Source: Callorhinchus milii
Lineage: Eukaryota
Assembly (NCBI RefSeq): GCF_018977255.1
Contig: NW_024704743.1
Span: 65,598,001 to 65,662,000 of the forward strand
DNA: 64,000 nucleotides
Direction: 5' to 3'
Part shown: piece after piece, positions 62,281-64,000 of the stretch
Position numbering within the stretch: the stretch's first letter is position 1
Layout: each line of letters opens with the position of its first letter
Position numbers and translations under genes: made by a program
The notes under the pieces: model-generated
The model's database searches: none
Told to the model about the DNA's origin: nothing
The model's input: only the letters and a program-made list of their open reading frames with translations

Positions 62281-62799
62281 AGCAAAGGGGGTGATAAAGG
62301 AAGTCCTGCGTAAATGGAAATGGAAATTCCAAATCTGGAAACACTTAGTAGTTTACGCTTAAAGTTTGCTGCAGCATTTTGAATCTTCAGAGCTGCAATA
62401 TAAAACAGCAATAAAGCCCTGTGCTGCTGTCCTATGTTGTCTGGAGATTTGTGAGGGAAGATCAAAGGCTGACTCTGGTGTATCAGACCAGACGTTTGTA
62501 TACATGGATGAAATTATACCAGCATGAAACCAATAGCCAGAGGGCTAACTATTCATATACATAACAATCAGTTCACACTGCCAAGTGTACTCGAGTGAAG
62601 CTCTTATCAGATTTGCTTTGTTTAGGACAGCATTGTAAATGGGATCTTCCAATCCAAACCTGAAACTGAGTTCATACAGTGAATTTCTGGCAAAGACACC
62701 TTTCATACATATTTCAACTGTGAATCTTGAGTCCAGTTTAGAAATAGTATCTCAGATGCCTGGTACTTTTTAAAACTGTTCACTTAATTCCACCTCTGC

Positions 62800-63320
62800 T
62801 GTTGCAAAGCAAAGCCCTAATGAGTACAGTGGTCCTAGTTGGACAAGAAGCGGGGAGGCTTGCCAATGTTCACAATGGCAAGCTTCATGGTTTTAAGCAG
62901 TTAAAGTTCAGCAGTCATACGCACACACTCGCTGGGTGATGTTTGTATACATGACCATTGTCAACATGCGCCTATAGTAGATCCAACAGGGAGTTTACAA
63001 AGTTTACAGAGGATAGTGAGAATGTGGACTACACTGCTGGAAGCTGTGGCTTGAAACTAAATGTAATTAAGAGAACACTTGGTGCATAAATTAAGGGGAT
63101 GGAAATAGAGGGGTACAGGAGGTGGTGAGGGATTGTATGGAGTATAAAATTTGGGTTGAATGGCCTATTTCTGTTCTGTATCGCTCTACTTAATTCTAAA
63201 CTCTCTGGAATTAGGTAAATTGGGTGGGTACGTACACCATACTGGACAAATGGAACTTTTAATTTAGATTGAATACTCTTTAAGCATGGTGATGGATTGC
63301 TATGCTTGTCAGATCTGTTT
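62800..63320 (+). mobile_element. Unnamed retroposon copy split by a CR1 3' fragment (about 63005-63198)
   Basis: ggtcctagttggacaagaagc...gcttcatggttttaagc, resuming after the CR1 at ctctggaattaggtaa...gaatactctttaagcatggtgatgg. Confidence 0.55.
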
Positions 63321-64000
63321 GATTCTGGAGATCATGACTTTCCACATTATTTATAATACAACAAATATTTCAAAATGAAGTCCTTTTTCATTTCTCACCA
63401 AAATACTTACCAAATCCCCATAGATTGAAATGTTGCTGTAGGTTTTAGATAGCTTTGGCAATGTTTGGGATTTATTGTATCCTATAGATTTTTGTGTATA
63501 TTCTCAAAGGTGTGGACAATGCTCCTGCATTTCTTGTTTTGTAAAAAGGGAAAACCCTTTTATTGCAGCCTTCGATACCATACTAGTTAGAATATGGGTC
63601 TTCTGTGGAATTTTATGGAAATGCAGAGCACATGGCTTTTGATACTGACTAAATGTTCCCATTAAACGTTAAAGAATGTCGAACTACTGAACGTCAACTC
63701 TGAACGTCAACTCGAACTACTGAACGTCACTGCTGATGTGGGTTTAACATCCTTTGCAAATGTTGCCTATTTGATAAGAAAGTCATTTTCAGGGTATTGG
63801 CTGCAAAGGAAACCCCAAGGTGTTTAAAGAATCCATTTAAGCCATTTAATAAATTCTGAGAATTTTTCAGCATCGAAGGATGAATAATGCTCACCTACAA
63901 ATACAAAGTTACTGCACTTTACAGAAAATCTCTATGAGATGTTTTGATAAGGTACCATTTTGAATGCAAGGATTATTTTTTATATATATATATAATAACC

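Overview
Vertebrate genomic DNA, most likely a cartilaginous fish (judged from the protein divergence and the SINE/L2/CR1 repeat content). The window lies entirely within a + strand tensin-3 (TNS3) gene. Eight coding exons with canonical GT-AG boundaries and compatible phases join into one open frame: 4244-4373, 5323-5388, 7487-7591, 22469-23731, 41428-41603, 43269-43398, 43654-43743 and 60566-60740. They encode the end of the PTEN-type C2 domain and the central low-complexity region; the gene start and the SH2/PTB exons lie outside the window. The introns are rich in retroposon remains: a young tRNA-Ala-headed SINE with an L2-type tail, longer and older Deu-domain-type relatives, L2 and CR1 3' fragments, an unnamed A-tailed retroposon and a MITE. 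The most notable unexplained signals are three candidate internal first exons with phase-1 donors (one downstream of a CArG/FOX/KLF motif cluster), several frame-preserving candidate microexons, a dense nuclear-receptor half-site cluster with a perfect IR1, and a 52-bp fold-back palindrome built from an L2 tail. All isoform and regulatory calls are inferences from sequence alone and need RNA or conservation data.
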